Shown in pieces: positions 25,548 through 34,883 of a stretch of 34,883 bases of DNA (the stretch's first letter is position 1; each line of letters opens with the position of its first letter). The position numbers and the translations under genes are program-made. The stretch is taken from positions 1 through 34,883 of the forward strand of contig JBMSQQ010000030.1 in the NCBI GenBank assembly GCA_049423385.1, written 5' to 3'. The notes under the pieces are model-generated. The model did not search any database. It had not been told where the DNA came from and saw only the letters and a list, made by a program, of their open reading frames with translations. This DNA is from Silvanigrellaceae bacterium. Lineage in GTDB: Bacteria > Bdellovibrionota_B > Oligoflexia > Silvanigrellales > Silvanigrellaceae.

Positions 25548-27890
25548 GTGAGCCAAACTTTGAACGATCCCAACGACAAACCGGAAAACTCCGGAGCAAC
25601 AGCCACCCTCTCCAGTGATGAACTGGCGGAGCAGGCTTTTTCAAGGTTGGCGGCTCAGACGGAAAGCTACCTGGACCCGAACTCGACCACGCGCCTGCGC
25701 AAAGCTTATCTGTTTGCCCACTCGCTGCATGCCGGACAATTGCGCAAGAGCGGCGAACCCTACATTGTTCACCCCATTGCCGTAGCCGAAATTCTGGCAG
25801 GCTACCGAATGGATGAAACATCTCTGACTGCCGCACTTCTTCACGACGTCGTTGAAGATACGCATGTGAGTGTTGAGGAAGTTGAAAAGCAATTCGGCGG
25901 AAACGTGGCTGCAATTGTCGATGGTCTCACGAAGCTGGCCAAGGTCGAATTCCGCTCTTCGCAGGAAAAACTTGCAGAGAACTTTCGGAAGATGATTGTC
26001 GCCATGTCGCGCGACATTCGGGTCATCGTTGTGAAGCTGGCAGACCGTCTTCACAATATGAGAACCCTCAAGGCTCTTCCGCTCGAAAAACGGCAGCGGA
26101 TTGCAGAAGAAACGAGTGAGATTTATGCGCAGCTGGCGGGCCGCCTGGGAATCTACAAAATCAAGGCCGAACTCGAGGACCTCTGCCTGAAGGAACTCAA
26201 GCCTTCAGTCTATTCGAATCTTGTGGCCCGGGTCGCTCAAAAGAGAGACGAACGTGAAAAGGTCATCAACGCTGCCCGTGATCACCTGGCCAGTGCACTG
26301 CAGGAGCACAACATCAAGGCCAAGGTCGAAGGCCGTGCCAAGCACTTCCATTCCATCTACAAGAAAATGTCTGAGAAGCAGATGGAATTCGAGGACATCT
26401 ACGACCTTTTCGCCCTTCGTGTGATCGTCACGAACATGAGCGAATGTTACGAAACACTCGGTATTGTTCACAGCATGTACAAGCCTGTTCCTGGGCGTTT
26501 CAAAGATTATATCGCGATGCCCAAGGCCAACCTCTACCAGAGTTTGCACACCACCGTGGTGGCTGCACGCGGGGAATTGCTGGAAGTCCAAATCCGCACC
26601 GCTGAAATGAATCATATTGCCGAGAACGGAATCGCCGCACACTGGGCGTACAAAGAGAAACGAAGCGCCAAGGATCAAGCACGTTCCGGCGACGAACCCA
26701 TCAGTCAAACGGATCTGGAGAAATTCAACTGGCTCAAGCAGATTGTTCGACACCAGAAAGAGCTTCAGGATCCAAACGAATTCCTTGAAGCCGTCAAGGT
26801 CGACCTGTTCGACGATGAAGTGTACGTTTTTTCGCCCAAGGGCGACGTGTTTGAACTGAGACGAAATGCCACCTGTCTGGACTTTGCGTTTGGCATTCAC
26901 TCGGATCTCGGGCTTCGCACGACAGGTGCGAAAGTCAATGGCCGGATGAGTCCATTGCGGACTCCACTGCACAGCGGTGACGTGGTCGAGATTCTTTCGG
27001 GAAACAAAATCCGAGCAACAAAGGATTGGCTTTCCTACTGCACCACAAGTAAAGCCCGCAATAAAATCCGGGCCTGGCTGAGGAGTGAAGAACGGGAAGA
27101 GGCAAAACGGGCTGGCCTTGAAATGCTCGAAACTGCGTTGGAACGTCATAACCTCACCTACGATCGTGCAGTCAAGACCGGCATGTTCAGCGATCTCAAT
27201 CGACTCCTTCCAGTGGGAAGCCTCGACGACTACGTTCTGCAGATTGGCTATGGCAAGGTGGATGCCGCACAGTCGTTGATCAAAATCATTGCCCAGTTGC
27301 CTGCCGCGCTCGTTCCGGAAATACAGCAGCAGCAGCAATCCCAACAACAGCAGCAAATCGAAAGCCTGCTGAATGCTTCCATCCTCGAACCCTTGGAACA
27401 AGATTCCCAACCTTCCCGTCGGTTCAAAAACCGCGCAGGTCGCAAGGCTGAGGATTCAGTGATCGTCCAGGGCATGCAGGATCTTGTCGTTCGACTCGCC
27501 AAATGTTGTGAGCCACTTCCGGGCCAACCGATCACCGGATTTGTTTCTCGCGGTCGTGGCGTCACTGTGCATTCGGCAAGCTGTCCGTGGGCGCTTTCCA
27601 ATGACCCTGCGCGTCAGGTTGAGTGCCGCTGGAACCAGGCCGGCAATGCTGAACACAACGTTCGCCTGAAGATCACGACCCACGACAAGCAGGGCATGCT
27701 TGCCAATATCACCAAGCTCATCTCGTCCACACAAATCAATATCACCGGTGCAGATGTTCAAACCACGCCGGACAAACGCGGAATCATCACAATCCGGGTG
27801 CACGTGAGCAGCATTTCACAATTGCGTGACATCCACGAACGGCTGGAAGCGCTCGATGGCGTCATTCACGTGGAGCGCCTGACGGGCTGA
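25548..27890 (+). CDS. rel: Bifunctional (p)ppGpp synthetase/hydrolase, long RSH
   Basis: RKSGEPYIVHP, LLHDVVEDT (intact HD), KLADRLHN, RFKDY, YQSLHT, EVQIRT, TGS (LDFAFGIH), AKCCEP zinc-finger domain and C-terminal ACT; GGAGG RBS before GTG. Confidence 0.97.
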   Translation: MSQTLNDPNDKPENSGATATLSSDELAEQAFSRLAAQTESYLDPNSTTRLRKAYLFAHSLHAGQLRKSGEPYIVHPIAVAEILAGYRMDETSLTAALLHDVVEDTHVSVEEVEKQFGGNVAAIVDGLTKLAKVEFRSSQEKLAENFRKMIVAMSRDIRVIVVKLADRLHNMRTLKALPLEKRQRIAEETSEIYAQLAGRLGIYKIKAELEDLCLKELKPSVYSNLVARVAQKRDEREKVINAARDHLASALQEHNIKAKVEGRAKHFHSIYKKMSEKQMEFEDIYDLFALRVIVTNMSECYETLGIVHSMYKPVPGRFKDYIAMPKANLYQSLHTTVVAARGELLEVQIRTAEMNHIAENGIAAHWAYKEKRSAKDQARSGDEPISQTDLEKFNWLKQIVRHQKELQDPNEFLEAVKVDLFDDEVYVFSPKGDVFELRRNATCLDFAFGIHSDLGLRTTGAKVNGRMSPLRTPLHSGDVVEILSGNKIRATKDWLSYCTTSKARNKIRAWLRSEEREEAKRAGLEMLETALERHNLTYDRAVKTGMFSDLNRLLPVGSLDDYVLQIGYGKVDAAQSLIKIIAQLPAALVPEIQQQQQSQQQQQIESLLNASILEPLEQDSQPSRRFKNRAGRKAEDSVIVQGMQDLVVRLAKCCEPLPGQPITGFVSRGRGVTVHSASCPWALSNDPARQVECRWNQAGNAEHNVRLKITTHDKQGMLANITKLISSTQINITGADVQTTPDKRGIITIRVHVSSISQLRDIHERLEALDGVIHVERLTG

Positions 27891-28737
27891 GAAAATTCCA
27901 TGCCAGTGTGAGGCGCGGCATTTCGACGCGGTCGGGAACAAGCAGCTCGGAAACCGCCAGAGTCAGGCCCGACATGACAGGGACGCCGAGTGAAAACTGC
28001 GTCCAATGCGGTTGTTTGGTGTTGGCGAGTGCGTCGACAATCTCAAGGTCGGTGTTGTCGTCGGAAATCGTCAATCGACTCGTTGTCTTCTTGCGACCAA
28101 GCATGAAGGCACCCCAAATGCCGCTGCGGGTGTGTTGCACTGTCATGTTGGCGAAGGTGAGCAATGAAGACGCAGTGAAAGAATCGGATTCAGCAACACT
28201 GCTGATGGTTCCCTCGATTGTGGATTTGGTCTGTGCCGCTCCTGCTCCCAGGATCAACCTTGCAGCCGCAAGTCTCTGGGTTGCAAACTCAACTCGACCA
28301 CCCCATTGCATTTGCAGCAACGACGCCTTGATGCCCATCATTTTCTCGACACCCTTTGGCAGAATCCCGGCCCAACCTTCCATGGCAATGGATTCAGAAG
28401 CGCTTGGTGCAATGCCAAGTGTCCCATGCAGACTTGGAATCGATTGAACGGGAGACGCTGGCAAGGATTCCAGCTTGGAACCCACCCGAGGGTTGGGTGT
28501 CGGCAAAAAACTGATGTTGGCCCGCACACCTGCCGCCGGTGAAGGAGACAATGGCACCGGAACCGGCATCGTATCCAACAGGGTTGCGCTGACTTCCTGG
28601 AGTCTTTGCGCTTGTTCCATCCAAAGCACCGAAGCCCAGGCCACAGAACGAGGAGTGAAAAGCGAACCGACAAGACTCAAAACAACAATAGTGCATCGCG
28701 GAGCGCTATTGAACGTTCCTTTGGCAATGTTCGACAT
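27862..28737 (-). CDS. Hypothetical exported protein, possible beta-barrel
   Basis: Signal-like segment ending AWA; alternating strands; overlaps the rel 3' end by 29 nt; start uncertain. Confidence 0.6.
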   Translation of the reverse strand: MSNIAKGTFNSAPRCTIVVLSLVGSLFTPRSVAWASVLWMEQAQRLQEVSATLLDTMPVPVPLSPSPAAGVRANISFLPTPNPRVGSKLESLPASPVQSIPSLHGTLGIAPSASESIAMEGWAGILPKGVEKMMGIKASLLQMQWGGRVEFATQRLAAARLILGAGAAQTKSTIEGTISSVAESDSFTASSLLTFANMTVQHTRSGIWGAFMLGRKKTTSRLTISDDNTDLEIVDALANTKQPHWTQFSLGVPVMSGLTLAVSELLVPDRVEMPRLTLAWNFLSPSGAPRE

Positions 28738-28976
28738 CTCTCTGACCTTCACCTTTGTTCCCTCTCCGCGCTTCTCAAGACACAGATCATGTTCACATGT
28801 CATCGAAATCAAAAAAATGCCTTTCTTTTGACAAAGCAGGGGACAGGCGATTACACCTTTAGCTCCCGCGAGAAGAGCGAAAACATTGTCTTTGCGTGCT
28901 CGAGCAAGCCATTGAGTGCAAAAGCGGCCGCTCTTCACAAAAATCATCCCATTGGGATGCAGAGGTGCCGCTCAAG

Positions 28977-30389
28977 ATGGTCCTTTCACTGAAAATAGGA
29001 ACTCTTCCCGCAAGAATATCCAACGGTTTGACTCTCACTCTCCTGCCCGGAATGGCGCTGGTGCCACATGGAGCATCAGCACAATCGGGCGGACCGCAGA
29101 CAACGAAGCTTTCTCTTCGTCAGGCCATGCAACTCGGCCGTGAAAAACCCTTTCAAGTGCGCATTGCACAAGAGCAGGCAAAAGAGGCACAGGCACGATC
29201 GGCCACTGCCTTGGGAAGTCTTTTCCCGCGGATTGATTTCGATGCGCAGCGAATCAAGTTCGACAAGGCAGTCAACACGGCAACAGGAGAATCCTGGGCA
29301 CCACAATTTCCTGCACAGGTGACAACCGCTGGACTTCAGGTTTCGCAGCCCATCCTGGGTTTGCTGCCACTCACGCTGCAGGCACGAGCAGCTTCAATGA
29401 TGGCCGAAGTCGCGCAGGAGTCGGCATCACAGGCGCGCCGGGATGGTGCGTTGCTCGCTGCACAGAGCTTCTTGAATGCTGTCCGCGCCCAACAGTTCTT
29501 CAAGATTGCACAGGCAAGTTTGGCGTTGGTGGAAAAGCAAAAGAACGATTCCGAGGCTCTCTACAGGGCCGGCAAGCTTAGCCAGGCAGATGTGATGCGT
29601 TTTGAATTGAGCGTCGCCGATGCTCGAGCCCAACTCACACAGGCGGGTGTTGCGAAGCAACTGGCTTACATGGCCCTGAATGACACGTTGATGATCAATG
29701 CCGGGGAAGATGATCTGGATGCTCCGGAGACTTCGATTTTTGAAGAAAAGAATCCGGCCGCACCTGCACTTGACGAGGTGGTCAAATTGGCATTGGCACG
29801 TCGGCCAGAATTGAAAGCCGCACAAAACCAACTCAAGATCGCAGAACTCACGACCTGGGCTGCGCGTCTGGATTATTCGCCTTCAGTCAATGCGTTTGCC
29901 CGCTACGACCGTGATTTTGAAGCACAGGATCTCCGTGGAAGATCCACCGATGGCTCGCCAGCACCACTGCTCGCAGCCAAAAACGACGTGCGCGACAAAC
30001 TGGCGGTGGGTGTTCAACTCAAATGGCAGATCTGGGACTGGGGAACGCGCTGGAACAAGATTTCTGAAACCGTTGCGCAGCGGACGAAAGCGGAAATTGC
30101 ATCGGAACAGGCCACGGCCCTTCTGAGAACAGAGGTCATCAAATCCTACCTCGACTTCAAGGCTTCGACCGACGCATTGAAAACCTCACTCACGAGCGAC
30201 AAGCTTGCACAAGAGGTCTATAAACTCACTCAGGCACGATTCACCAATGGCCAGGCATCGTCGACCGACCTCATCACCGCCGAACGTGATCAGGCGCGCG
30301 CCCGAGCCGGTCTTGTGGCTGCACGATCGGAAGTCGATTTGGCCTGGTTCCGCCTGCAAAGAAACATGGGCGAGGAACCATCGTTGTGA
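28977..30389 (+). CDS. TolC-family outer-membrane efflux protein
   Basis: LSLRQAM..., LFPRIDF, YRAGKLSQADV, ALARRPEL, RFTNGQASSTDLITA (duplicated OEP repeats). Confidence 0.93.
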   Translation: MVLSLKIGTLPARISNGLTLTLLPGMALVPHGASAQSGGPQTTKLSLRQAMQLGREKPFQVRIAQEQAKEAQARSATALGSLFPRIDFDAQRIKFDKAVNTATGESWAPQFPAQVTTAGLQVSQPILGLLPLTLQARAASMMAEVAQESASQARRDGALLAAQSFLNAVRAQQFFKIAQASLALVEKQKNDSEALYRAGKLSQADVMRFELSVADARAQLTQAGVAKQLAYMALNDTLMINAGEDDLDAPETSIFEEKNPAAPALDEVVKLALARRPELKAAQNQLKIAELTTWAARLDYSPSVNAFARYDRDFEAQDLRGRSTDGSPAPLLAAKNDVRDKLAVGVQLKWQIWDWGTRWNKISETVAQRTKAEIASEQATALLRTEVIKSYLDFKASTDALKTSLTSDKLAQEVYKLTQARFTNGQASSTDLITAERDQARARAGLVAARSEVDLAWFRLQRNMGEEPSL

Positions 30390-30445
30390 GAGCAGCAAAA
30401 ATTTCAAAAAACAAAATCAATCCCCGCAAGCGAAGGAAGCTCGCC

Positions 30446-31444
30446 ATGCCCCACATCTCATTCCAAAGGCTCGTCCCTCGACTTGCTGCAGCAGGTCTAT
30501 CCATCACGTTGTGGGCCTGCACCGGAAAAAAAGTTGACCTCCCACCCGAGGCTCCGGAAATCAGGCCGCTGGAGGCAAGTGCAACCATCGATGTTGCTTC
30601 GAGCAACACGGCAGTCGCGGCGACACATCCGGAGACGTCCACTGTGTCCAGCCCAGCGGAAAAGAGCGAACCTTCAAATCAGGCGAGTTCGACCACACGC
30701 ACAACTCCTGTTGCCAGCCAGGCTCAGGCCAGTGAATCAGTCGCATCCATCACCCGTGTCTCCGGGCAGGTGAATTCCGGAAAACAAGGACAAGCCAGCT
30801 TCAAGATCGCAGGCCATATCTCCAAAACCATCGTGCAGGTCGGCGAGAAAATCCGAAAGGGACAAGTCCTGGCTGTGCTCGATGAAACGGACGCACAATT
30901 GCGCATGCGCCTTGCACAAAACCAGTTTGAGCAGGCGCGAGTCACATTCGATCAGGCGCGCAAGGACATGCAGCGTGAAGAGCAACTCAAGAAAGAGGGA
31001 GCGACCACGCAGAGCAATCTTGAACGCATGAGCAATGCTCTTGCAGCAGCGCGCATCAATCAATCGCAAGCTGAAATCAATCTCAAACAGGCCGAAAAAA
31101 ATCTTGCCGACACCAAGCTGACGGCAGCCTTTGACGGTGTTGTTGCCAGACGACTGAAGGTGGATGGCGAGTACGTCGGCGTGGGTGCTGCCGTGTTTGA
31201 ACTCGCATCAATGAACGAGCTCGAGGTTTCGCTCAGGGTGCCGGAGAACCTCATCAAGAAAGTTCGTCCTGGAAATCAAATCAGCTTGTCCATTCCAAGC
31301 CTGGGCAAAGAAACGCAGGCAAAAATCCTGCGAATTGTCCCGGTCATCCAGGAAAATTCACGCACGTTTGAAGTGATAGGCCGCGTCCAGGGCACTTTGC
31401 CAGGCGAAATTATTCCTGGTCAATTTGTAGAGGCGCAACTCTAA
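30446..31444 (+). CDS. RND efflux periplasmic adaptor (membrane fusion protein), lipoprotein
   Basis: Lipobox LWAC; G.I....V..GEKIRKGQVLA.LD; TKLTAAFDGVV; SRTFEV; PGQFV. Confidence 0.93.
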   Translation: MPHISFQRLVPRLAAAGLSITLWACTGKKVDLPPEAPEIRPLEASATIDVASSNTAVAATHPETSTVSSPAEKSEPSNQASSTTRTTPVASQAQASESVASITRVSGQVNSGKQGQASFKIAGHISKTIVQVGEKIRKGQVLAVLDETDAQLRMRLAQNQFEQARVTFDQARKDMQREEQLKKEGATTQSNLERMSNALAAARINQSQAEINLKQAEKNLADTKLTAAFDGVVARRLKVDGEYVGVGAAVFELASMNELEVSLRVPENLIKKVRPGNQISLSIPSLGKETQAKILRIVPVIQENSRTFEVIGRVQGTLPGEIIPGQFVEAQL

Positions 31445-31475
31445 AGCAGCCCGCTTTTTCCGAGGAAACCGACCC

Positions 31476-34400
31476 ATGATTCTTGCCGACGTTTCGATCA
31501 AGAGGCCCGTTTTTGCAACGATGCTCAACGTCGTGCTGATTGTTTTTGGATTCTTCTCATACAAAAAATTGGGAATCGACCAATTTCCAAACATCGACTT
31601 TCCTGTTGTCACGGTTCAGGTGACCTACCCTGGTGCGGATCCCAAGACAGTCGAGCAGAAAGTTCTTCAACCGCTGGAGAAAGGCCTCAACGGCATTGAA
31701 GGACTTGAGGCCCTGAATGCGACGGCATTTCCCAATTTTGGTCAGGTCGTCCTCCGTTTCAAGCTGGAACGCAACGGCGACAAGGCTGCACAGGACGTGC
31801 GCGACAAAATGGCTGCACTGGCTTCGCAACTGCCAACCGAGGCACTTTCTCCGGTGGTTGCCAAATTCGACATCGGCGGTGCACCGATCATCACAATGAC
31901 ACTTTCGGCAGACAACCTGCCCTACGCGCAACTTTCAAAGCTTGCCAAGGACAAGGTCAAACCAGCACTTGAAACCGTCCCCGGAGTCGGTCGTGTCGAC
32001 CTCGCCGGACAACGTGAACGCGAGATTCACATTCTGATGTCGCGGACGCGCTTGCAATCGTTTGGTCTTTCCCCATCCCAGGTTGTCCAAGCCGTGCAGT
32101 CGCAAAACACCGACGTTCCCAGCGGAAAGCTGGAAAGCAAGACAAGCCTGCTGAGAATCCGCACCGAGGGTACCTTGCAGAGTGCCGAGGAGGTGGGTGA
32201 AATCCCGATTCCACTGCGCACCGGACAAAAAATCCGGGTCAAGGATCTCGGTGAAGTCCGTGACACCCTTGCCGACGAAACAGGTTATGCAACCGCCAAT
32301 GGTAAAACCACCATCGTGATGGTTCTATACAAACAATCGGGCGGCAACACGGTTGCAATCGCAGACTCCGCCAAGGAAAAAATCAGCGACCTGCAGAAAA
32401 GCCTCCCGCAGGGCGTTCGGTTCGAAATTTTTCAAGACAACTCAAAATACATCAAGGGTTCAATAGAATCCGTGAAATTCGATTTGTTCCTCGGCGCGCT
32501 GTTGGCCATTGTCATCGTGCTGATCTTCCTCCACGACTGGCGGGCCACAATCATCAGCGCCTGCGCCATTCCGACGTCCGTGATTGCCACCTTCTGGTTT
32601 GTCCAGACGATGGGCTTCACCTTGAACCTCATGACGACCCTCGGACTGACGCTTTCCATCGGTATTCTGGTCGACGATGCAATTGTGGTGATTGAAAACA
32701 TCTATCGCAGACTCGAAATGGGCGAATCACCCTTTGAGGCGGCCCGCAAAGGCACCTCGGAAATTGGTCTGGCGGCTTTGGCGATCACGCTCTCCATCGT
32801 TGCAGTTTTTGTGCCTGTCGCATTCATGGAAGGTATCCTGGGTCGGTTTTTCTACCAATTCGGCATGACGGTGGCCTTTGCAGTTTTGGTTTCATTGTTT
32901 GTTGCATTCACGCTGACGCCAATGATGAGTTCCAGACTGCTGAAATCGCATCATGGAAGCATTCCGCGATTCTTCATGCCATTTGAGAAGGCCCTGACAC
33001 GCACCGAAGATTGGTATCGCAGCGCACTCCGCAATTCGCTGCAGAAACCCGGCAAGACTGTTCTTGCTGGTGTTGGTGTCCTCGTTCTCAGCGTTGTGCT
33101 CTTGCGCTTCGTTCCGGTGAGTTTCTTTCCCAAGGAGGATCGCAGCCAGTTTCAAGTCAACTACGAACTTCCAGAAGGCACGCCACTTTCGATGATGAAG
33201 GAACGTGCCGCGGTCGTTGATCAATTCCTGCGCAGTTACCCCGGTGTGGAAAGCGTCCTCGTTGCGATTGGGGCCAATGCAGAACGCAAACCCAACCTGG
33301 CAAGGCTCGACGTCAACCTCATCGCAAAAAACAGCCGGTCGTTTTCGCAAGAGGACATGGTGAAGCGGCTGCGCGTCGACCTGAAAACACGATTTCCCGA
33401 TCCCGCAGACAAACTGGAAGTCTCGGAGCAATCCGGAAGCGGCGGCGGTCGGCAGCAGCCCATCCAGATCATCCTGCAAGGCAACGACGTCGAGCAACTG
33501 AGCTCATTTGCCAACAGTGTTCGCGATTGGGTCAAAGGAAATATTCAGGGCGCAGTGGATGTGCAAACCTCGGAGCCACCGCTGGTCCAGGAGATCAAGG
33601 TCATCACCGATTCCGTGCGCGCTGCCGACGTCGGCATGAACACACAACAAATGGGTTTTGCATTGCGCACATTGTTTGAGGGAATCAAGGTCGGAGAAAT
33701 CGAGGATAAAGGCGACAGGTATGATGTGCGCGCCAAGGTCGCGGATATCGATTCACAAAATGTGTCCGACCTTGCGGGTCTGACGCTGCCCAATGCCATG
33801 GGGATTCCCATTGCGCTCACCAGCATCGCCCACATTGAACAAAAACCGGCACTGTCGAAAGTCGAACGACTGGGCGGACAACGTCAGGTTGTGGTGCTTG
33901 CCAACTTTCAAGGAAAAGACTTGAGCGGGGCCATTGCCAAAGTCGAAAGCCACGTCAAGAGCAATTTGCCCAAAGGCATCACCTACAGCTTTGAAGGTCA
34001 GGCCAAACTTCTCAAGGATGCGATTGGTGCCATGCTCGGTGCACTCGGTTTTGCAATCATCCTTGTGTTCATCGTTCTGTGCGCCCAGTTCGAAAGTTAT
34101 CTGACTCCTTTCGTCATCATGATGTCTGTTCCGTTGGCATTCTCCGGGGCATTCGCCGGACTCCTTGTCACCCAAAAGGCAATGAGCATCTACGCGATGA
34201 TTGGTCTCATCATGTTGATGGGCCTGGTGACCAAGAATGCAATTCTCCTCATCGACTTCACATTGGGTAAAATGCGCGAAGGAATGGGCATGGTCGACGC
34301 TCTTGTCGAGGCGGGTCCGATTCGTCTGCGCCCCATTCTGATGACCACCGCTGCCATGATTTTTGGAATGTTGCCGATTGCCATAGGCCACGGCGACGGC

Positions 34401-34571
34401 GGAGAGGCCCGAGCACCCATGGCGGTTTGTGTGATTGGCGGACTCGTGAGTTCAACAATCCTCACCTTGATTGTTGTTCCGAGCGTATTCGTGCTGGTTC
34501 AAAACGGACGCAACTGGGCAGGAACAAAAATCGCAGCGCTGAAAGCATCTGCACAAACAACCTTGTCCTGA
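31476..34571 (+). CDS. RND efflux permease (AcrB/AcrD/AcrF family)
   Basis: [47 protein letters not shown] (proton-relay residues intact); 1031 aa. Confidence 0.97.
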   Translation: MILADVSIKRPVFATMLNVVLIVFGFFSYKKLGIDQFPNIDFPVVTVQVTYPGADPKTVEQKVLQPLEKGLNGIEGLEALNATAFPNFGQVVLRFKLERNGDKAAQDVRDKMAALASQLPTEALSPVVAKFDIGGAPIITMTLSADNLPYAQLSKLAKDKVKPALETVPGVGRVDLAGQREREIHILMSRTRLQSFGLSPSQVVQAVQSQNTDVPSGKLESKTSLLRIRTEGTLQSAEEVGEIPIPLRTGQKIRVKDLGEVRDTLADETGYATANGKTTIVMVLYKQSGGNTVAIADSAKEKISDLQKSLPQGVRFEIFQDNSKYIKGSIESVKFDLFLGALLAIVIVLIFLHDWRATIISACAIPTSVIATFWFVQTMGFTLNLMTTLGLTLSIGILVDDAIVVIENIYRRLEMGESPFEAARKGTSEIGLAALAITLSIVAVFVPVAFMEGILGRFFYQFGMTVAFAVLVSLFVAFTLTPMMSSRLLKSHHGSIPRFFMPFEKALTRTEDWYRSALRNSLQKPGKTVLAGVGVLVLSVVLLRFVPVSFFPKEDRSQFQVNYELPEGTPLSMMKERAAVVDQFLRSYPGVESVLVAIGANAERKPNLARLDVNLIAKNSRSFSQEDMVKRLRVDLKTRFPDPADKLEVSEQSGSGGGRQQPIQIILQGNDVEQLSSFANSVRDWVKGNIQGAVDVQTSEPPLVQEIKVITDSVRAADVGMNTQQMGFALRTLFEGIKVGEIEDKGDRYDVRAKVADIDSQNVSDLAGLTLPNAMGIPIALTSIAHIEQKPALSKVERLGGQRQVVVLANFQGKDLSGAIAKVESHVKSNLPKGITYSFEGQAKLLKDAIGAMLGALGFAIILVFIVLCAQFESYLTPFVIMMSVPLAFSGAFAGLLVTQKAMSIYAMIGLIMLMGLVTKNAILLIDFTLGKMREGMGMVDALVEAGPIRLRPILMTTAAMIFGMLPIAIGHGDGGEARAPMAVCVIGGLVSSTILTLIVVPSVFVLVQNGRNWAGTKIAALKASAQTTLS

Positions 34572-34573
34572 AG

Positions 34574-34597
34574 AAAAAACTGAACCGGACTTTCAGT
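34574..34597 (-). terminator. Possible weak intrinsic terminator for the incoming minus-strand gene
   Basis: Minus strand ACTGAA-N7-TTCAGT then a T-run. Confidence 0.35.
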
Positions 34598-34606
34598 GAC
34601 TGGCAT

Positions 34607-34882
34607 TCAAGGCGTGAAACCGATCACAATTTCAACGTCGCTCTTTGGATCCAGCCCATCGATGCGGACACTCAAACCGTCTGCTGACAATTGGACACGT
34701 TCTGGAGCAATGAGCTGTCCTGCCACCTTGACACCGTTGATCTTGGAAGCTTTTTGCGGCAACGGGAAAACAGGTTCGGGCAATGCGGATTTCGCAAGCG
34801 ACTTGGCAAAATCCGAGTAGTCGGTGCTTGCCGTGATGTCGATGAGAAGACCATTCGTGGACTTGACCAGTTGATTGTAAGG
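34607..34882 (-). CDS. C-terminal part of a protein, possibly the end of a VWA domain plus a small beta-sandwich (truncated by window; not in the ORF track)
   Basis: Open frame PYNQLVKSTNGLLIDITASTDYSDFAKSLAK...VFPLPQK...VKVAG...VEIVIGFTP* read by hand; stop TGA at 34607-34609. Confidence 0.6.
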   Translation of the reverse strand, partial: PYNQLVKSTNGLLIDITASTDYSDFAKSLAKSALPEPVFPLPQKASKINGVKVAGQLIAPERVQLSADGLSVRIDGLDPKSDVEIVIGFTP

Positions 34883-34883
34883 A

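Noticed and set aside
26205..27410. 401-aa ORF antisense to rel (and similar ORFs opposite clpX, clpP and the RND gene)
   Set aside because: Antisense shadows of conserved genes with no independent coding evidence.

Overview
A 34.9-kb chromosomal segment of a Gram-negative bacterium. Tandem DUF3015 genes, an RCC1-repeat lipoprotein, several trypsin-fold lipoproteins and a VWA-like C-terminus suggest Bdellovibrionota/Oligoflexia; this is an inference, not a taxonomic search result. The left part (about 0.4-15 kb, after the 3' end of truA) is almost entirely exported proteins. It has three chymotrypsin-fold lipoproteins (one with a highly unusual split catalytic triad), three putative outer-membrane beta-barrels, a trio of unrecognised secreted helical proteins ending in Cys (two look like divergent paralogues), a PAP2 phosphatase, an RCC1 lipoprotein, two DUF3015 proteins and nnr. 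The right part is mostly housekeeping: clpP-clpX-lon (no adjacent tig), an SDR, sdpR-sdpI-like genes, hemB, a Spy/CpxP-like lipoprotein, two hypotheticals, rel, and a TolC-MFP-RND efflux operon. I saw no rRNA, tRNA, CRISPR array or mobile element. The best candidates for something undescribed are the secreted paralogue cassette at 6043-7773 and the insertion-bearing trypsin-fold lipoprotein at 393-1985. All calls are by eye from motifs; no searches were run.
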